The translations under genes were made by a program, and so were the position numbers. Shown here piece after piece: positions 37,323 to 47,233 of a DNA stretch of 64,000 nt (positions are counted from its first letter, which is position 1; the number at the start of each line of letters is the position of its first letter). The notes under the pieces were generated by a model, which made no database searches, was not told the origin of the DNA, and saw only the letters and a list, made by a program, of their open reading frames with translations. Source of the DNA: an uncultured Candidatus Saccharibacteria bacterium (lineage in GTDB: Bacteria; Patescibacteriota; Minisyncoccia; Phycocordibacterales; UBA918); contig CAYRMI010000005.1 in the NCBI GenBank assembly GCA_964425625.1, positions 79 to 64,078 on the forward strand, read 5' to 3'.

Positions 37323-38189
37323 CTAGGTAGCAGCGATGAAACATCTACCATCTTTCTCTTCCTTGAGTAGTTCAACTTTGTAGTTAAGTTCATGCAACAC
37401 TTGCCCTACTTTTAGCATATTAAAAATTGAATGGATTTCAATTAAAAGTATGGGCTTATAACGCAGAAGGAATTGCTTTCCACCTTCTAGGGCCAAATAC
37501 TCTGCCCCTTCGATATCGATTTTTATCAAAAAGGGTGGTTCGTTTATGCCTATGTCCTGCAATGAGTCTAGCGAGACCGTTTTTGTCTTTTCTTTTTTGT
37601 AGCCAAGATTCTTTTCATAAGAATCTTTCTCATAAAAAGTATGAGAACTATCTATAAAACTTCCACTTGAGGTGCCGTCGTCAAGGTTATCATTAAAGTT
37701 AAAATCTTCCTCACCTGTTTTGTTTGAGATAGCGGTGTCGTGTATTTCAATAATTTTTTCCATGTCCGTATTTTCTGTCAGAAAATATTCAAATCTTTTC
37801 TTGTTATAAATGTTTGGTTCAAAAGCAATTACTTTACCATTTTTCCCAACAAGTTCAGCAAAACACATAGAACTATAACCAAAATGAGCACCAATGTCGT
37901 AAACTATTTTTCCTTTTAGATCTAACTTCTTTAAGTAGTCTATAAAGAACTCATCATATTCGCCACTGATCATATCTTTCCATACGCCTGTCGAGTAGAC
38001 AAAAATTTTCCTACCTTTGAGGATTCCACCTTGAACAGTATTCCAGGTAGGGGTAAAACGGTCTTTTTTAAGGAAACGATTAGCCCACTTTTGTAGCTTT
38101 GGGTATATAGAACTACTTTTTAAGAAAGAAAACATAAATGGCGGAGTTATTGAATGGATTGTGTTATATAGGCTACCTTTATTTATCAT
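37323..38189 (-). CDS. FkbM-family methyltransferase.
   Basis: VYDIGAHFGYSS...VIAFEPN. Confidence 0.6.
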   Translation of the reverse strand: MINKGSLYNTIHSITPPFMFSFLKSSSIYPKLQKWANRFLKKDRFTPTWNTVQGGILKGRKIFVYSTGVWKDMISGEYDEFFIDYLKKLDLKGKIVYDIGAHFGYSSMCFAELVGKNGKVIAFEPNIYNKKRFEYFLTENTDMEKIIEIHDTAISNKTGEEDFNFNDNLDDGTSSGSFIDSSHTFYEKDSYEKNLGYKKEKTKTVSLDSLQDIGINEPPFLIKIDIEGAEYLALEGGKQFLLRYKPILLIEIHSIFNMLKVGQVLHELNYKVELLKEEKDGRCFIAAT

Positions 38190-38263
38190 ATATGTTTTTT
38201 ATTTATCTAAGGTTATCAATATTGTACTTCATAAGCAAGATTTATAATTTTATTAACTTAAAA

Positions 38264-39415
38264 TTAATGTTTTAAATTTTTTAATCTAAATCTAATGTTT
38301 CTCAAGATAAAAAAGACATAACCCAAATCAATTTTTCTGTTCCCAAGTTTCCAGGGACTTTTGATTATGTCATTATTTTTTTTAGTAAAGGCGATTAAAG
38401 CGTTCCCTGGGATATTTTTGTTGATATCAATTTCTTTTATTCTCTGCTTCCAGAATAGGGGAATATCTTCTAATACGATTTTTAAATCAGTACCATACTT
38501 TTTATCTTCAAAACTATATCTTTTTGCTGCAGGGTTGATATTTGTCCAACCTTCACGATATTCCTTATATCCATAAGCAATTTTGATAGTTTTATCAAAA
38601 AAACCTATTGGTATGAAAAGAGGTGGAACTTGACTTGCCACGATTTCATTTATTCCCCTAATTGTATGTGAATAGCCGTCAAAATGCGCTGCAACCTCTC
38701 GTTTTGGCATCACAATAAGTTGATTGGGGGTGAGGTGGAACTTTCGAACGTCTTCTGATCTATAGATAACGGCATCGCCCATATCTTCCGAATCAAACCA
38801 GTATGTGAAGAGTTTTTTATTTATAATTTGGATACCCGCATTTTCACCGTTCTTTTGTATATAGGAAAGAGTATCTGCATCTTCATCTATAATTGTAGTG
38901 TCTTGACCAAATAATCTCCAGAATGGATTACCGGGCCTGGTTACATTAGTAAATTCACTGAAGTGGGAATATATGATGGAAACGAAATCATTTGTCTCGC
39001 TAAACAATTTTGCTTTAGCGAGAGTGGTGTCAATAATAGATAAATCAGGCGCAATGATGGGATGGTCGTTATTGGGAGCATACCAAATCCAGTCGTCGTC
39101 CCATTCGTTAATAATTGAAAGGGATTTGCGATATTCGGTCTGGTTGGCACTGTTGGGTTGTAGAATGATAGCTTCTGGAAAAAGTGACCTGGCGTACTCT
39201 TCAAACTCGGCTATTCGACTAGTGTCAGCAAGCTTGAAGCGAATTAAGACGTGTGACCAAGGGTAGTTGGCATAGCTGGCAAGTGTGTACTTAGCTATAT
39301 CAATTTTACTTGGCATGGCGTATGAAGGAACGGTTTGACGTATCCATTTGTCACCATCAATAAAAGTCTTATTGAATGGTACATCGGTAATAAAACTGTC
39401 AAAGTACAGAATCAT
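38264..39415 (-). CDS. Hypothetical protein in the glycan operon. Very AT-rich.
   Basis: ORF with a 4-nt overlap with the downstream gene. No recognised motif. Confidence 0.4.
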   Translation of the reverse strand: MILYFDSFITDVPFNKTFIDGDKWIRQTVPSYAMPSKIDIAKYTLASYANYPWSHVLIRFKLADTSRIAEFEEYARSLFPEAIILQPNSANQTEYRKSLSIINEWDDDWIWYAPNNDHPIIAPDLSIIDTTLAKAKLFSETNDFVSIIYSHFSEFTNVTRPGNPFWRLFGQDTTIIDEDADTLSYIQKNGENAGIQIINKKLFTYWFDSEDMGDAVIYRSEDVRKFHLTPNQLIVMPKREVAAHFDGYSHTIRGINEIVASQVPPLFIPIGFFDKTIKIAYGYKEYREGWTNINPAAKRYSFEDKKYGTDLKIVLEDIPLFWKQRIKEIDINKNIPGNALIAFTKKNNDIIKSPWKLGNRKIDLGYVFFILRNIRFRLKNLKH

Positions 39416-40494
39416 AGCTTAGGGTAGTTTGTTTCAAAGTACGCAAGTTCTTCCGGTGTACCGAGCACCCAGTTGTCTTTTACGTTATAAATCTTTATCT
39501 TTTTACCAGACTTTAGTAGTTCGTTGTAACATGGTGCAACGTAGTACTCGCCCTTTGATTTGTCGTTTCTCTCTACCATGTTTTCAACCGCGCAAACGAA
39601 ATCACTGCCACGTCTAAAGTAATACAATCCAGACGACGCATGGTTTGAGATAGCTTCTTTTTCTTTAGTCATATCAACATATCCAAATTCATCAAGACGG
39701 GCATAACTGTATCTGGGGTCTGTGGCATCAAAGCAAGCCAATATACCATCTGGTCTATCGCGCTCAATCATCTCAAGCATCTGTTCATTGCCTGTGGTAT
39801 AGGTATCGCAGTTATAAATAATAAGTTGATTGTAGTTGTTGATTAGTGATGAGGCGGCAAGACATCCCGTCGCCTGGCCTCTAAGTGGTGGCTGTTCAAT
39901 AGCTACCTCAATGTTCTCGCCAAATAATGTCCGCAATTTTGCAGACATTTGGTAGGTCGCTTCGTGCTCAGCTGAGATGACAAATATAAGTTGAACGTTT
40001 GGTTTACCGATTAAGAAATCAAACGACGCTACTGCCCACTCAATGAGTGCTTTGCCACGACTAGTGATGAGTGGTTTGGGGTCGGTAAAACCCGCTTTAG
40101 CGAAACGTGAACCAGCCCCGCCCATCGGAATAAGAATATTAATTTTTGTGTCGTCAAAGTCATTGGGTTGTAAATTATCCCAGCCAGTGAATGTGTGGGC
40201 CAGATCATCGAGATAGACATCAGCGTAAGGCTTTCCAAAGTAAATTTCGTCATATGGAATTTCTTGCAGAGTCAACCAGTCGAGGGTCGTTTTGCCAACT
40301 TTTGCGATAACCTGTCCTTGATTACCACCGCAGGTTTTCATGTGTCGTGCGGTTTGCAGGATGATTGTATGTCCAGCGGCTTTGAGGTCTCGGATTTTCT
40401 CAGCTGCACCGGGGTTCATCCGGACATTCGCATAAGTCTGACCTTCTTTTTTGAGTTCAGTAATGGTTCCGTCTATATCTATAATTATTCTCAT
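39412..40494 (-). CDS. Bifunctional HAD-superfamily phosphatase (N-terminal) / sugar-phosphate nucleotidyltransferase (C-terminal).
   Basis: IIDIDGTI (DxDGT HAD motif I). PMGGAGSRF NTP-transferase G-loop. Confidence 0.6.
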   Translation of the reverse strand: MRIIIDIDGTITELKKEGQTYANVRMNPGAAEKIRDLKAAGHTIILQTARHMKTCGGNQGQVIAKVGKTTLDWLTLQEIPYDEIYFGKPYADVYLDDLAHTFTGWDNLQPNDFDDTKINILIPMGGAGSRFAKAGFTDPKPLITSRGKALIEWAVASFDFLIGKPNVQLIFVISAEHEATYQMSAKLRTLFGENIEVAIEQPPLRGQATGCLAASSLINNYNQLIIYNCDTYTTGNEQMLEMIERDRPDGILACFDATDPRYSYARLDEFGYVDMTKEKEAISNHASSGLYYFRRGSDFVCAVENMVERNDKSKGEYYVAPCYNELLKSGKKIKIYNVKDNWVLGTPEELAYFETNYPKL

Positions 40495-42113
40495 ATATCG
40501 ATTGAATTGAGTAGGGTAATACCAGTAATGAACATTGCTTTCTGTCGTAAAGGTGCGTCGCTGTGAAGGGGAATCATAGAGATGAATAAAAGCGCTTCAA
40601 TTGCCTTTATGACCTGTGGGTCATAACCAGCACCCACAAGTGCGGTATCAAAATACGTGGCGATATTCTCGTGCTCAACTTCATGGAAAGTGTTGTAAAT
40701 AAAACCAGCTTCAGTTTCTTTGACTTCGAAGAGGTCGCTCACAATAAAATCGTAGCGTCCAGAAAAACTATGTCGGAGCTTCGCAATATCGTAATGATGA
40801 TCACCATAGATAGATGGTTCACCAAAGCTTCCGCGTGGGTCAATAAACTTAAAAATCCGACTATGAGGATCAAAGAGAATATTTGCTGGGTGTAGGTCGC
40901 CGTGGAGGAATGTCATCGCGGAGTTTTGATAAAGGTACTGTACAAGAGAAGACAGCTTTTGGGCGTAGGTGGGCCATCCTTGGTAGACCTGACCATTGAT
41001 GGTGATAGTTTGAGACTCGAAGCGTTCCTTCCAGGCCGGGTCTGCCGTTAGAGTTTCAATTCTTTTAAGTGTTTTGATGCGGTATATATCGTCATAGAAG
41101 GCGAAAGGTAATTCGGTAGTGTATTTTGTAAACAGAGCCAGAATCTCAAAGAGACGATCAATAATGAGTTGCCAAACTTTGTCATCAAAGTGGTTGAAAA
41201 TGAAATAGTCAGCCAATGATTGATAACCATAGTACTCGAGTGAGTATGAGGCAGTTTCTTCATTGATAGAATAATCAATCAGACGCGGGGTGAATATCTT
41301 AAGTTCATGAGGGATGTTTTTGTACCAATTAATCTCATTCTCCAGCTTAGATTTTTTATGACTTGATTTAGTAATTGAGCCATAGAGGTCATTGTAGGTG
41401 ACGCTATTAAAGCTACGAATTTTAAGGAAGTCTACCTTGGCGCGATAGTAGTTTTCAATATTGCCACAGTCATACCAGCCTTCAGCTGGGATTAGCTTGA
41501 ACTGCTTTGGGTAAGCATCCAGCGTATGGTGAAGCTCGTGACGGTCGTGTGTTTGGTCGATTAAAGTAGAGGTAGCCTTTAGTGCGGAATTATCAGTAAA
41601 GAAATATATACCTGCGAGGGCTTGGCCGGTCCCGGCGTATTCTTTTGGTTTATTTATGTAACACTGGGTCTTTCCATTGTCCTCAATCAGACACCACTGG
41701 GAAGCATTTTCAAACTCAGCGCTGGTGACCACAAAATCTTCAGTAAAGTCTAATGGGCCACGGTAGACAGTGTCGCCGAGGTAGATCAGTACCTGATCTA
41801 AAGAATCAACCTGATCAAGGGCCTGACTAATAGTATGTCCAAGACCCCGACTTGGGCCGGTATCCCGGATAATATTAATTTTGATTTTTGAGCCGAATTT
41901 CTTCGTTACATATTGTTCAGTGTATTGGTCTTCAGGACTGATTGCGATGATGGTGCGTGTAATACCGCGTGCTAGAAGATCCTCGAGAATATAACCGATT
42001 ACAGGCTTACCATTGATTGGTAACATAGTGTCCGGCAGATTAGTGTGGCGGAGGATTTTATTGGTGGGGCGACCGCCAGCGGGAATTATAGCGGTAATTC
42101 GAGAATTGTTCAT
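40491..42113 (-). CDS. Bifunctional nucleotidyltransferase (N-terminal) / APH-choline-kinase-like small-molecule kinase (C-terminal).
   Basis: AIIPAGGRPTN...LPINGKPVIGY. LHGDLHPANILFD kinase catalytic loop and FIDPRGSFG. Confidence 0.6.
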   Translation of the reverse strand: MNNSRITAIIPAGGRPTNKILRHTNLPDTMLPINGKPVIGYILEDLLARGITRTIIAISPEDQYTEQYVTKKFGSKIKINIIRDTGPSRGLGHTISQALDQVDSLDQVLIYLGDTVYRGPLDFTEDFVVTSAEFENASQWCLIEDNGKTQCYINKPKEYAGTGQALAGIYFFTDNSALKATSTLIDQTHDRHELHHTLDAYPKQFKLIPAEGWYDCGNIENYYRAKVDFLKIRSFNSVTYNDLYGSITKSSHKKSKLENEINWYKNIPHELKIFTPRLIDYSINEETASYSLEYYGYQSLADYFIFNHFDDKVWQLIIDRLFEILALFTKYTTELPFAFYDDIYRIKTLKRIETLTADPAWKERFESQTITINGQVYQGWPTYAQKLSSLVQYLYQNSAMTFLHGDLHPANILFDPHSRIFKFIDPRGSFGEPSIYGDHHYDIAKLRHSFSGRYDFIVSDLFEVKETEAGFIYNTFHEVEHENIATYFDTALVGAGYDPQVIKAIEALLFISMIPLHSDAPLRQKAMFITGITLLNSIDI

Positions 42114-42127
42114 AGACTTATTTTATA

Positions 42128-43459
42128 CTACGTTTTAGTTTTTCCTAGTGTTAAGAAAATTTCTCGTTCAATAAAAATAAAGGTGAAGATTAAGGCTGTA
42201 TAAGAAAGCAGTGTTGCATAGGCCGCTCCATAAATACCATAACTGGGAATAAGTAACCAGTTAAGAGTTATATTCACGATTGCACCTAGCGCGGTCAAAA
42301 AGAGGATTTTTTTGGCTTTATTTTCAGCAATTAGGTAACTCTGAATTAATGTAACTGAGATTGCTCCAACCAGAGACCAGATATAAATTTGTAAGACGGT
42401 ACTTGTTTCACTAAATTGTGTCCCAAAAATCAGGGCAACAATAAACGGAGCTAAGATGAAAATTATACTCGAGATGAGACCAGCTAAGCCGACAGAAAAA
42501 AGTCCCAGTGTCCAGAAGCGCTTAATGTATTCTTGGTGATTATGTGTGCGGGCATTAATAATGGCTGGAAATAGGGAGGCAATAAATACACCGGGAAAGA
42601 ATCCTAAAACCTCAGTTAATCTGACGGCAGCGTCATATATACCAACTGACGCAGAATCAATTATGTGCTGAATCATAACCTGATCAATTCGTCCGTAGAG
42701 GTACCCAGAGAAGCCGGCAAGTAGTAAGGGCCAGGAGTCTAATAGGAGTGATTTTAGAGTTACGTATGAGTACCTCCAAGTGAGGGGGGTGCTTTTAAAG
42801 ACGGATACATATATATAGACATTACAAACTAAATTGATGAGTGCCTCAAGAGCAATAATGGCGGCAAAGTATAAAATACCTCGGTCAAAGAAAATAACCA
42901 AAATTTTTGCTAGGGGAATGATAACAGAAATTAAAATAGTTACGTATGATGTATATTTTGCTGCTACTCTGGCTTGAAAAAGGAGCGAAAGCACACCAAA
43001 AGGCTGTAATATAAAAGTCAGAGCAATAATACCAATAAGCCAACTGAGGATAATATCGTCATTTATATACCAGGCAAAAAAGCACGTAGTTACGAAAGTA
43101 AGAGTGCCGAATAAAAGCTTTGCGGTAAAAGCAGTGCCGAGTATCTCTCGTTCTTTTTCAGGGTGGGCGATTAGATCACGATAGAGGATTTGGTCTATCC
43201 CTAATGAAGCGAAGATAGAGAATATGGCAACGAAACTTTGGGCGTAGCTGAGCTTCCCATAATTTTCTGGTCCTAGGTATCTAGCTACGATGGCAATAGT
43301 AAAAAAAGAAACAACAAAAGATACTACTTTAGCTAAAAATATCCAGCCAGTATTTTTGAAATATTTTTTAAAGCCGGTTTGGTCCCAGTTGCCAATTAAT
43401 TTTTCATAGAGCCAAGTAGGTAAAAGGGACTTAGAAATAAGATTGAGTCGCCGGTACAT
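42128..43459 (-). CDS. Wzx-like oligosaccharide/polysaccharide flippase (MOP superfamily).
   Basis: 443 aa, ~12 TM helices, operon context. Confidence 0.65.
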   Translation of the reverse strand: MYRRLNLISKSLLPTWLYEKLIGNWDQTGFKKYFKNTGWIFLAKVVSFVVSFFTIAIVARYLGPENYGKLSYAQSFVAIFSIFASLGIDQILYRDLIAHPEKEREILGTAFTAKLLFGTLTFVTTCFFAWYINDDIILSWLIGIIALTFILQPFGVLSLLFQARVAAKYTSYVTILISVIIPLAKILVIFFDRGILYFAAIIALEALINLVCNVYIYVSVFKSTPLTWRYSYVTLKSLLLDSWPLLLAGFSGYLYGRIDQVMIQHIIDSASVGIYDAAVRLTEVLGFFPGVFIASLFPAIINARTHNHQEYIKRFWTLGLFSVGLAGLISSIIFILAPFIVALIFGTQFSETSTVLQIYIWSLVGAISVTLIQSYLIAENKAKKILFLTALGAIVNITLNWLLIPSYGIYGAAYATLLSYTALIFTFIFIEREIFLTLGKTKT

Positions 43460-43584
43460 GGTTATTAATCATAATACTATATACACAAAGCTTTAGTTGC
43501 TGGGCTAAGGGTTGATTTTTTTGTATATTTATGTTATAAAACTGAGGTCGAGATGCATGGTGCACTCACATATACGAGGAGCAT

Positions 43585-44229
43585 TTGATGAAAGATAGTA
43601 CAAAGCAAGGACTTGTTGCTGGCATCGACAAGTTTTTCCGGGGACACTATACGCCGGAGGGTGAAATACAGAAAGCAGACCTCCTCCTGGGGTTTGGACG
43701 AAACAACCTTGGTCTGGTGTCCACTGCCGCTAGCATCTGGAGTCGCCAGACGGTCGGGAACATCCTGTACACCGGCGGTCTTGGGAAGGATTCCGGGCCA
43801 GTGCTGAAAGGGCTCAAACTCCCCGAAGCAAGTTATTTGGGATACATGCTGTTCACTCAGTATGGTGTACCCTTAGAACATATCTTTGTGGAAGACAAGG
43901 CGACCAACGGTGGTGAAAACTGCCGGAACAGCATCGCACTGATTCGCGAGTTGGGACTGCCGGCGGCGTCAGTGGTTCTTCTGGCTTATCCGGCGAGCCT
44001 CTTCCGTTTGTATCGCATGATGGTGACCGTGGGTAGGGAACTCGGATTTGAAGCCGATTATCAACTTCTGGCGATACCTGGTCCGGAGAGTTTCGACAAT
44101 CCGAAGGATCAGGATGAAATCATTGCCGAGTTCCTTCGTCTGATTGAATGGCCGGCCAAGGGTTGGCTTGATCCTTGCGAGTTGCCATCAGATCTCGTTG
44201 AGGCGGCGCTGGCGACAAAAATGAAGTAG
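43585..44229 (+). CDS. DUF218 (YdcF/ElyC/SanA-like) protein. Sits in a visibly GC-rich patch.
   Basis: ATNGGENCRNSIALIREL block. Confidence 0.5.
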   Translation: MMKDSTKQGLVAGIDKFFRGHYTPEGEIQKADLLLGFGRNNLGLVSTAASIWSRQTVGNILYTGGLGKDSGPVLKGLKLPEASYLGYMLFTQYGVPLEHIFVEDKATNGGENCRNSIALIRELGLPAASVVLLAYPASLFRLYRMMVTVGRELGFEADYQLLAIPGPESFDNPKDQDEIIAEFLRLIEWPAKGWLDPCELPSDLVEAALATKMK

Positions 44230-44334
44230 GAGTCACTAGTCCATTCCTAGATTCTGTTCCTCCCCCCCCCTGCCACGCGCAAGCCTGGCAGGTTTCTTTT
44301 TTATTATTCTGAATTAACTTATTTAAGTTTGAGC

Positions 44335-44420
44335 TAGATACCACTCATAGGTCCCTTGCCGGCTTATCACGCTGTCTGGCACTTCTATGTCCTGCACGTG
44401 GATGAGGACTTTGAACCCTT
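44335..44420 (-). pseudogene. Fragment resembling the 3' end of a GDP-L-fucose synthase (fcl) paralogue.
   Basis: CCACTCATAGGTCC(C)TTGC matches the fcl stop region at 46265-46283. The reverse translation gives ...TYEWY... Confidence 0.45.
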
Positions 44421-44555
44421 GCTCGAGGGCACACCCTTTAACTTTCGGTGGGCAGACCTCGGCGAGTTTGTGAATTTAGTTGAGCCGGTCGCGTTTGCAC
44501 TCACGCAAGCAATCGCCAAGGGTATGCTGTAGGGTATCCTTGATGAGAGATGGGG

Positions 44556-44598
44556 TCAGTCTAAAAGCCCCAGAAAAGCTCTGCTTTTCTGGGGCTTT
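44556..44598. terminator. Bidirectional terminator.
   Basis: AAAAGCCCCAGAAAAGC-TCT-GCTTTTCTGGGGCTTTT. Confidence 0.7.
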
Positions 44599-44888
44599 TC
44601 AATTGAGTGGAAAAATATATGACCGGCCTTGCCGGCAGGCGGGCAGGACTTAAAACTTATTGGGAGTTTTATCTGAGAAAGATGTTATTTTTGACATCGT
44701 TTTAATATGCTTGTGGTGATAGCTGCTTCAAATTCCTCTAGTGCCTTTTCGTCTTTTAGATTGGGAAATATGATAGTAATAGAAATGCAACTTACCCCTT
44801 TGTCCACTTTTTCTGGTTTGACTGTCTCTATTTAATAATTCACAATGGAAAGGAGGAAATTTCACCTTTCCATTAAACAAATTGATAT

Positions 44889-45479
44889 ATGGCCACAGAC
44901 AACCTTATTGCCAAGTTATACGAATCTCCTAAAACCATTCTGACCGTCAAGGATATTGCTTTAATTTGGGAGGAGACCAACACGGTAAATTTGCTTTCGA
45001 AGATTAAATATTACGTCAAACAAGGGTCGTTAATACGTCTGACTCGTGGTGTTTTTGCTAAGGATAAAAATTATAATCCTAAAGAATTAGCCACTAGTTT
45101 ATATACGCCATCATACATTAGTTTTGAAACGGTCCTGCGCGAGGCGGGAGTTATTTTTCAGCACCAGGACTCGATTTTTGTAGCTGGTCCTTATGCCATT
45201 ACCAAAAAAGTTGGAACTAAGACAATTACTTTTAGAAAGCTTAAATACAGTGTACTTTACAATGCACTTGGTATTAAGGTTGAAAATAATTACAGCATAG
45301 CCACACCAGAAAGAGCCTTTCTCGATACCCTCTATTTGTCCCCAAAATTTTACTTTGATAATCTACGATCAATAAACTGGGAGCTTTGTCTTGAGTTGGT
45401 AAAGATTTACAATAACAAGCAATTAATCAAGCGACTAAAAAAATATCAGATTAAATCTTTAGAAAAATATGCTCAATAA
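44889..45479 (+). CDS. AbiEi-family antitoxin / transcriptional regulator (type IV TA, abortive infection).
   Basis: ~196 aa. N-terminal wHTH-like region. Overlaps the downstream DUF1814 gene by 11 nt. Confidence 0.6.
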   Translation: MATDNLIAKLYESPKTILTVKDIALIWEETNTVNLLSKIKYYVKQGSLIRLTRGVFAKDKNYNPKELATSLYTPSYISFETVLREAGVIFQHQDSIFVAGPYAITKKVGTKTITFRKLKYSVLYNALGIKVENNYSIATPERAFLDTLYLSPKFYFDNLRSINWELCLELVKIYNNKQLIKRLKKYQIKSLEKYAQ

Positions 45480-46182
45480 AGAAAAACACCAGCTGATTAT
45501 GGGGCAGATTCTCCGGGATATCTACTCGGATACTTCTATCTCATCCCTCATGGGATTTAAGGGTGGTACCTGCGCCTACTTCTTCTACGGTTTAACTCGA
45601 TTCTCTGTCGACTTAGACTTTGACCTTTTTTCGACAGATGAATTCACGCAGAAATTAGTATACGAGAAAATCCAAAGTATGTTAGGGAAATATGGAGAGG
45701 TTAAAGATAATTATATAAAGCGAAATACTATTTTCTTTCTGCTCTCCTATGGTAATGCTGATCACAACGTGAAAATCGAAGTGAATGTAAGAATTCTAAT
45801 AGCAGATATTAAAGGGCACTATGAGATGAGGGAATACCTAGGAATTTCTATGCTGGCTGGTAAAAAAGATTATCTTTTTGCTAGTAAGCTCGCAGCTTTG
45901 ACCACCAGAAGTGAAACAGCCATGCGTGATATTTATGATATTTGGTTTTTTGGTACAAATCATTGGGATATAAATACCGAAGTAATTCAGGTTAGAACTG
46001 GTAAAACCATTAAAGAATACCTGAATGACTGCATTCTAGTGGTGGAAAAGGTTAAAGACAATGAAATCTTGCGCGGGCTAGCTGAGTTGTTGCCCGGTGA
46101 AAAAGAAAAAGTATGGGTTAAAGAATACTTACGGAAAGAGGTTATCTTCCTGCTCAAAAATTATCAATCAGTATTAAAATAA
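45469..46182 (+). CDS. AbiEii/AbiGii-family nucleotidyltransferase toxin (DUF1814).
   Basis: GFKGGTCAYFFYGLTRFSVDLDFD motif (GG...R.S.DLD). Confidence 0.7.
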   Translation: MLNKEKHQLIMGQILRDIYSDTSISSLMGFKGGTCAYFFYGLTRFSVDLDFDLFSTDEFTQKLVYEKIQSMLGKYGEVKDNYIKRNTIFFLLSYGNADHNVKIEVNVRILIADIKGHYEMREYLGISMLAGKKDYLFASKLAALTTRSETAMRDIYDIWFFGTNHWDINTEVIQVRTGKTIKEYLNDCILVVEKVKDNEILRGLAELLPGEKEKVWVKEYLRKEVIFLLKNYQSVLK

Positions 46183-46250
46183 AACATCCGTCACGTTATC
46201 CCCGTTGCAAGCTAATGGGCATTATGGGCGGTGGGGGAGAGTTTGGGAAT

Positions 46251-47177
46251 TTATAGTTGGCTTTTGTACCACTCATAGGTCCTTGCGATACCTTCCTTAA
46301 GTCCGATTTGGTGATGGAAGCCAAGCGCGTGGAGTCTTGAGATATCGAGGAGTTTGCGGGGAGTGCCGTCCGGCTTTGTGGTGTCCCACTCTATCGTGCC
46401 AGGGTAGCCGACTACTTCTTTGATGGTCTCTGCTAGTTCTTTGATGGTGCAGTCTTCTCCAGTGCCGATGTTTACTATCTCGGCTTCATTATATGTATTC
46501 ATGAGATGAAGGCAGGCTCCGGCTAAGTCATCGACATGGAGAAATTCGCGCATCGGGGAGCCAGAGCCCCAGAGGGTGACGTTCGGAGCCTGCGATAGTT
46601 TGGCTTCATGAAAACGGCGGATGAGCGCCGGTAGGACGTGCGAGGTCTCTAGGTCGAAGTTGTCATTTTCGCCGTAAAGATTGGTCGGCATGACACTGAT
46701 GAAATTGCTACCGTATTGGCGACGATAACTTTGACACATAATGATGCCAGCAATCTTGGCTATAGCGTAGGCGTCGTTGGTGGGCTCTAAGGGGCCGGTC
46801 AGTAGGTATTCTTCTTTGATGGGTTGGGGAGCGAGCTTGGGGTAGATGCAGGAGCTACCGAGGAAGAGGAGTTTTTCTACGCCACTATGGTGAGCGGCAT
46901 CGATCATGTTGCTTTGTACCAGGAGATTTTCGCGGATGAAGTCAGCGGGGTAGGTCTGGTTGGCCATGATGCCGCCCACCTTGGCCGCTGCCAGGAAAAC
47001 GTAATCGGGTTTTTCGGTCGCAAAAAATTCTTGCACGGCCTTGGTATCGAGTAGGTCTAGCTCGGCCCTCGTGCGGGTGACTAAGTTGGTGTGGCCGGCT
47101 TCTTTGAGCGCTCGGAAAATCGCTGAGCCGACCAAGCCACGGTGTCCGGCTACATATATTTTTGCTGTTTTTTCCAT
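46251..47177 (-). CDS. fcl: GDP-L-fucose synthase (GDP-4-keto-6-deoxymannose 3,5-epimerase/4-reductase).
   Basis: [20 protein letters not shown] and ~308 aa. GC-rich. Confidence 0.85.
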   Translation of the reverse strand: MEKTAKIYVAGHRGLVGSAIFRALKEAGHTNLVTRTRAELDLLDTKAVQEFFATEKPDYVFLAAAKVGGIMANQTYPADFIRENLLVQSNMIDAAHHSGVEKLLFLGSSCIYPKLAPQPIKEEYLLTGPLEPTNDAYAIAKIAGIIMCQSYRRQYGSNFISVMPTNLYGENDNFDLETSHVLPALIRRFHEAKLSQAPNVTLWGSGSPMREFLHVDDLAGACLHLMNTYNEAEIVNIGTGEDCTIKELAETIKEVVGYPGTIEWDTTKPDGTPRKLLDISRLHALGFHHQIGLKEGIARTYEWYKSQL

Positions 47178-47233
47178 AGGTTTTAAAACTATAACAAACT
47201 GTTACGGTTGTTGCATTAGCTTAGCTAGGCTAG

